Shown here one piece after another: positions 52,283-55,096 of a stretch of 55,096 nt of DNA (position 1 is its first letter; each line of letters opens with the position of its first letter). The position numbers and the translations under genes are program-made. Origin of the DNA: an uncultured Staphylococcaceae bacterium (GTDB taxonomy: Bacteria; Bacillota_I; Bacilli_A; RFN20; CAG-826); assembly GCA_964495145.1 (NCBI GenBank), contig CAZBUP010000001.1, positions 1 to 55,096 on the forward strand, read 5' to 3'. The notes below the pieces were generated by a model that was given only the letters and a program-made list of their open reading frames with translations, was not told the origin of the DNA and made no database searches.

Positions 52283-53595
52283 TGATGAATAGCCTCGCGC
52301 TTGAAACAAGAACGCGACCATTGAACGATAAGCCAATCGGACCTGGTCCCATCGTCTATTGGATGAACCGCGACCAGCGCTTGTCCGACAATTGGGCGCT
52401 CTATTTTGCCGCCGATCTGGCTCATAAGACCCAACGTCGTTTACGAGTCGTTTTTGTGATGTTCGAGCATTTTGGCTCATTGTCGTTTGACGAAAACGAT
52501 CCAATCTACGTCAGGATGGGCCAAGGGTTGAACCACATGTTGGAAGAAGCCCGACGCCTCGGCATTGACCTGACGATTGAAAAGGGCGATCCCGTCGACG
52601 TGATCCCGGCCTTGATGAAGCAATGGAACGCCGGAGCCTTAATCGGTGATTATTCCCCTTTGAAACCGATCAGGCAAATCAAACAAACCGTCGAAGAAGC
52701 CATCTCCATGCGGTTTTGGGAAGTCGATGCCCACAATATCGTCCCAGTGTGGGTCACTTCCGACAAAGCCGAATGGGGAGCGTACACCATCAGGCCCAAA
52801 ATCCATCGTCTTTTACCCGACTATCTTGAGCCGATTCCCGAAGTGTCTTTCAATCGAACGGCCCACATCGACGTCGAAACGAGCCTTCAAGCCTGGCTCG
52901 CCCATTTACCGCCGCTCGTCACGCCAGAAGAGGCCATGTCCCGTTTCGTGGCGGAACGGCTCCCCGATTACCATTTCCGCAACAATCCCAACCTTGAGGT
53001 GACGTCGCGTCTATCAGCCTATTTGCATTTTGGGAATCTAAGCGCCAATCGTCTGGCGCTGGCAGTCAAGCAAAGCCCCCATCCCAGCGAGGAATTCCTC
53101 GAAGAAATGATCGTCCGGCGCGAATTAGCTGAAAATTACTGTCACTACAATCCCGACTATGATGCGATTGAAGGATTTCCAGCGTGGGCCAAGCGAAACC
53201 TCGAAGCCCACCGCCAAGACCCGCGCCCTTATACGTATTCCCTTCCGGAACTTGAATTGGCTAAGACGCACGATCCGGCATGGAATGCCGCCCAAACGCA
53301 ATTGGTCACGACCCATTACATGCATGGGTACATGCGCATGTATTGGGCTAAGAAAATCCTTGAATGGACCCCGACGATTGAAGAGGCATTCAAAATTTCA
53401 CTTTATTTAAACGATAAATATCAACTGGACGGCCGCGATCCAAATGGCTACGCTGGCATCGCCTGGGCACTAGGCGGGGTCCACGATCGCCCTTGGGGTG
53501 AACGCCCGGTCTTCGGGACCATCCGCTACATGAACATGGCGGGTCTCCGCCGGAAGTTCGGCCTTGACGAGTATTTGGCCCGTTGGCTCGGCTAA
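52282..53595 (+). CDS. phr: Deoxyribodipyrimidine photolyase, class II
   Basis: C-terminal HGYMRMYWAKKILEW and GGVHDRPWGERPVFGTIRYMNMAGLRRKF blocks are class II signatures. Possible starts are GTG 52279, ATG 52282 or ATG 52285. Confidence 0.85.
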   Translation: MMNSLALETRTRPLNDKPIGPGPIVYWMNRDQRLSDNWALYFAADLAHKTQRRLRVVFVMFEHFGSLSFDENDPIYVRMGQGLNHMLEEARRLGIDLTIEKGDPVDVIPALMKQWNAGALIGDYSPLKPIRQIKQTVEEAISMRFWEVDAHNIVPVWVTSDKAEWGAYTIRPKIHRLLPDYLEPIPEVSFNRTAHIDVETSLQAWLAHLPPLVTPEEAMSRFVAERLPDYHFRNNPNLEVTSRLSAYLHFGNLSANRLALAVKQSPHPSEEFLEEMIVRRELAENYCHYNPDYDAIEGFPAWAKRNLEAHRQDPRPYTYSLPELELAKTHDPAWNAAQTQLVTTHYMHGYMRMYWAKKILEWTPTIEEAFKISLYLNDKYQLDGRDPNGYAGIAWALGGVHDRPWGERPVFGTIRYMNMAGLRRKFGLDEYLARWLG

Positions 53596-53677
53596 TCGGC
53601 TTACGGCAATATTTTTGATCCGATTGAAAGCAAAATCGGCATAATGTGATAAAGTAATATAACAATTGAGGTTACGG

Positions 53678-55015
53678 ATGGAAATTCGCCTATTCAACAG
53701 CTGGTCCGACCAAATCGAAGTATTCAAGCCGATCAAACCGGGACAGGTCAGCCTCTATGTGTGCGGGCCGACCGTTTACGATTTCGTCCACATTGGGAAC
53801 ATGCGCCCGGTGGTTGTCTTTGACGTGCTTCGTCGCCTGTTTGAATATCTGGGTTATCAAGTGACCTACGTCAGCAACTTCACCGACATTGACGACAAAA
53901 TCATCGCCAAGGCCTTTTCCGAGCACAAAAGCGAAAGAGAAGTAGCCGATTTCTTTATTAAAGCTTATCAAGACAACGTCATCGGCATCAATTCTAAACT
54001 CCCGACGGTGACCCCGCGGGTAACCGATTTCGTCGCCGATATCATCCGTTACATCGAGGGTTTGGTCCAAAAAGGCGCCGCTTACGTCGTCGATGGCGAA
54101 GTGTTCTTCCAAGTGGCCTCGGTTCCCGATTATGGCCATTTGTCCCACATGAAGACCGACGATTTAATCGTTGGGGCCCGGGTCGAAGAATCTGGCAAAA
54201 AACAATCGCCACTGGATTTCTTCCTTTGGAAGAAAACCGAACAAGGCTTGACTTTCGATAGTCCTTGGGGAAAAGGAAGACCGGGATGGCATACCGAATG
54301 CGCCGTCATGATCGACGCCATTTTCCATGAAAAAGTCATCGACATCCACGGGGGCGGATTCGATTTGAAATTCCCGCATCACGATAACGAAATCGCTCAG
54401 AGCATGGCGCAAAACGGCACCCGTTTGGCCAACATTTGGATGCATAACGGCTTCATCAATTTGAATGATGACAAAATGTCAAAATCGACCGGCAATTTCA
54501 TGACGGCCAAAGACGCTTTGGCAGCGATTGGGGGGCCGGCTCTCCGCTTGATGCTTTTGTCGACCCATTACCGCCTGCCGGTCAATTTCAACCAATCGTT
54601 CCTAGAAACGGCCCGCACCGAGGTCAACAAGATGACCTTGGCCATCAAGCAGTTGGCCGTCGCTTTGCAACTGGCCGGATACGACATCGAAACCGCTTAT
54701 CCGCCGCGGATGGACGACTTCATCAAAGCGTTGGCGGACGATTTGAATACCAGCAATGCCTTAACTTCAGTTTATGACCTGATCAAATTAAGCAATCGGT
54801 CATTACGTGAAAACCCGCTCGATTATGGGCGAATCGGCTCCTATTTCTTTACTTTAAAGACAATGTTCCATATACTTGGACTAGATATTAATTACCCGCG
54901 GCTAACCGAAGACGATCGCTCGCTGTTCGAGCGTTACCAAGCAAAGAAAGCCGCCCGGGATTATCAAGGTTCCGATGCCTTGCGCACTGAACTGATACGG
55001 AGAAACATTTTATAG
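53678..55015 (+). CDS. cysS: Cysteine-tRNA ligase
   Basis: HIGN (HIGH) and KMSKS motifs and a Zn-binding Cys pattern. SD GAGGT precedes the ATG at 53678. The listed ORF starts at a TTG at 53666. Confidence 0.95.
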   Translation: MEIRLFNSWSDQIEVFKPIKPGQVSLYVCGPTVYDFVHIGNMRPVVVFDVLRRLFEYLGYQVTYVSNFTDIDDKIIAKAFSEHKSEREVADFFIKAYQDNVIGINSKLPTVTPRVTDFVADIIRYIEGLVQKGAAYVVDGEVFFQVASVPDYGHLSHMKTDDLIVGARVEESGKKQSPLDFFLWKKTEQGLTFDSPWGKGRPGWHTECAVMIDAIFHEKVIDIHGGGFDLKFPHHDNEIAQSMAQNGTRLANIWMHNGFINLNDDKMSKSTGNFMTAKDALAAIGGPALRLMLLSTHYRLPVNFNQSFLETARTEVNKMTLAIKQLAVALQLAGYDIETAYPPRMDDFIKALADDLNTSNALTSVYDLIKLSNRSLRENPLDYGRIGSYFFTLKTMFHILGLDINYPRLTEDDRSLFERYQAKKAARDYQGSDALRTELIRRNIL

Positions 55016-55031
55016 GAAGGGATGAGTTTTT

Positions 55032-55096
55032 ATGATCTTTTTCGCACCACCTATGTTGACGAGCACCATCGACCAATATCTGATAGACTGGCTGAA
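55032..55096 (+). CDS. 5' end of an unidentified CDS (runs off the window)
   Basis: MIFFAPPMLTSTIDQYLIDWL is open to the window edge, and its codon usage fits the genome better than the alternative frame starting at 55022. Confidence 0.3.
   Translation, partial: MIFFAPPMLTSTIDQYLIDWL

Noticed and set aside
55022-55096. An alternative frame for the terminal partial ORF reads MSFYDLFRTTYVDEHHRPISDRLAE.
   Set aside because: It uses several codons that look rare in this genome (AGA, ATA, CGA). The frame starting at 55032 has more typical codon usage. Neither frame can be confirmed from about 70 nt.

Overview
This is a 55.1-kb chromosomal window from a Gram-positive-lineage bacterium (Bacillota/Mycoplasmatota-like gene order). 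GC looks roughly balanced by eye and was not computed. The standard genetic code applies: TGA acts as a stop, for example at the secY/adk and adk/map junctions. The window is almost entirely housekeeping.

Gene content, left to right:
- A 5'-truncated GH13 alpha-glucosidase and a PfkA-family phosphofructokinase carrying PPi-type signature residues.
- An accessory stretch (about 2.7-14.6 kb): a small membrane protein, a class-3-like aldehyde dehydrogenase, two tandem patatin-like lipases fused into an operon with a GT-D-like transferase and a Wzy-like membrane protein, a lipoprotein coupled to a TupA-like ATP-grasp enzyme, and three GT4 glycosyltransferases.
- ung, a TPP riboswitch with thiT, a DUF402 NTP/NDP phosphatase and a TrxR-like ferredoxin-NADP reductase.
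- tsaE-tsaB-rimI-tsaD and asnS.
- An orphan three-gene membrane-protein operon with a divergent secreted CPHC thioredoxin-fold protein.
- pcrA-ligA, gatCAB and degV.
- A candidate preQ1-I riboswitch controlling queT-tgt-queA-queH.
- The complete S10-spc-alpha ribosomal cluster (rpsJ to rplQ, with secY, adk, map, infA and rpoA), which lacks rpmD (L30).
- A HAD phosphatase coupled to a class II photolyase, then cysS.

I saw no rRNA, tRNA, CRISPR array, transposase, integrase or phage genes.

Nothing here resembles a known defence or mobile system. The best candidates for undescribed biology are:
- the patatin x2 + GT-D + Wzy-like operon and the adjacent lipoprotein/ATP-grasp pair (a possible lipid-linked surface glycan module);
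- the orphan membrane-protein operon at 22.7-24.5 kb;
- a recurring -10-N6-7-ATG geometry suggesting leaderless mRNAs on accessory operons.

All family calls come from motif recognition by eye, and none was confirmed by a search.
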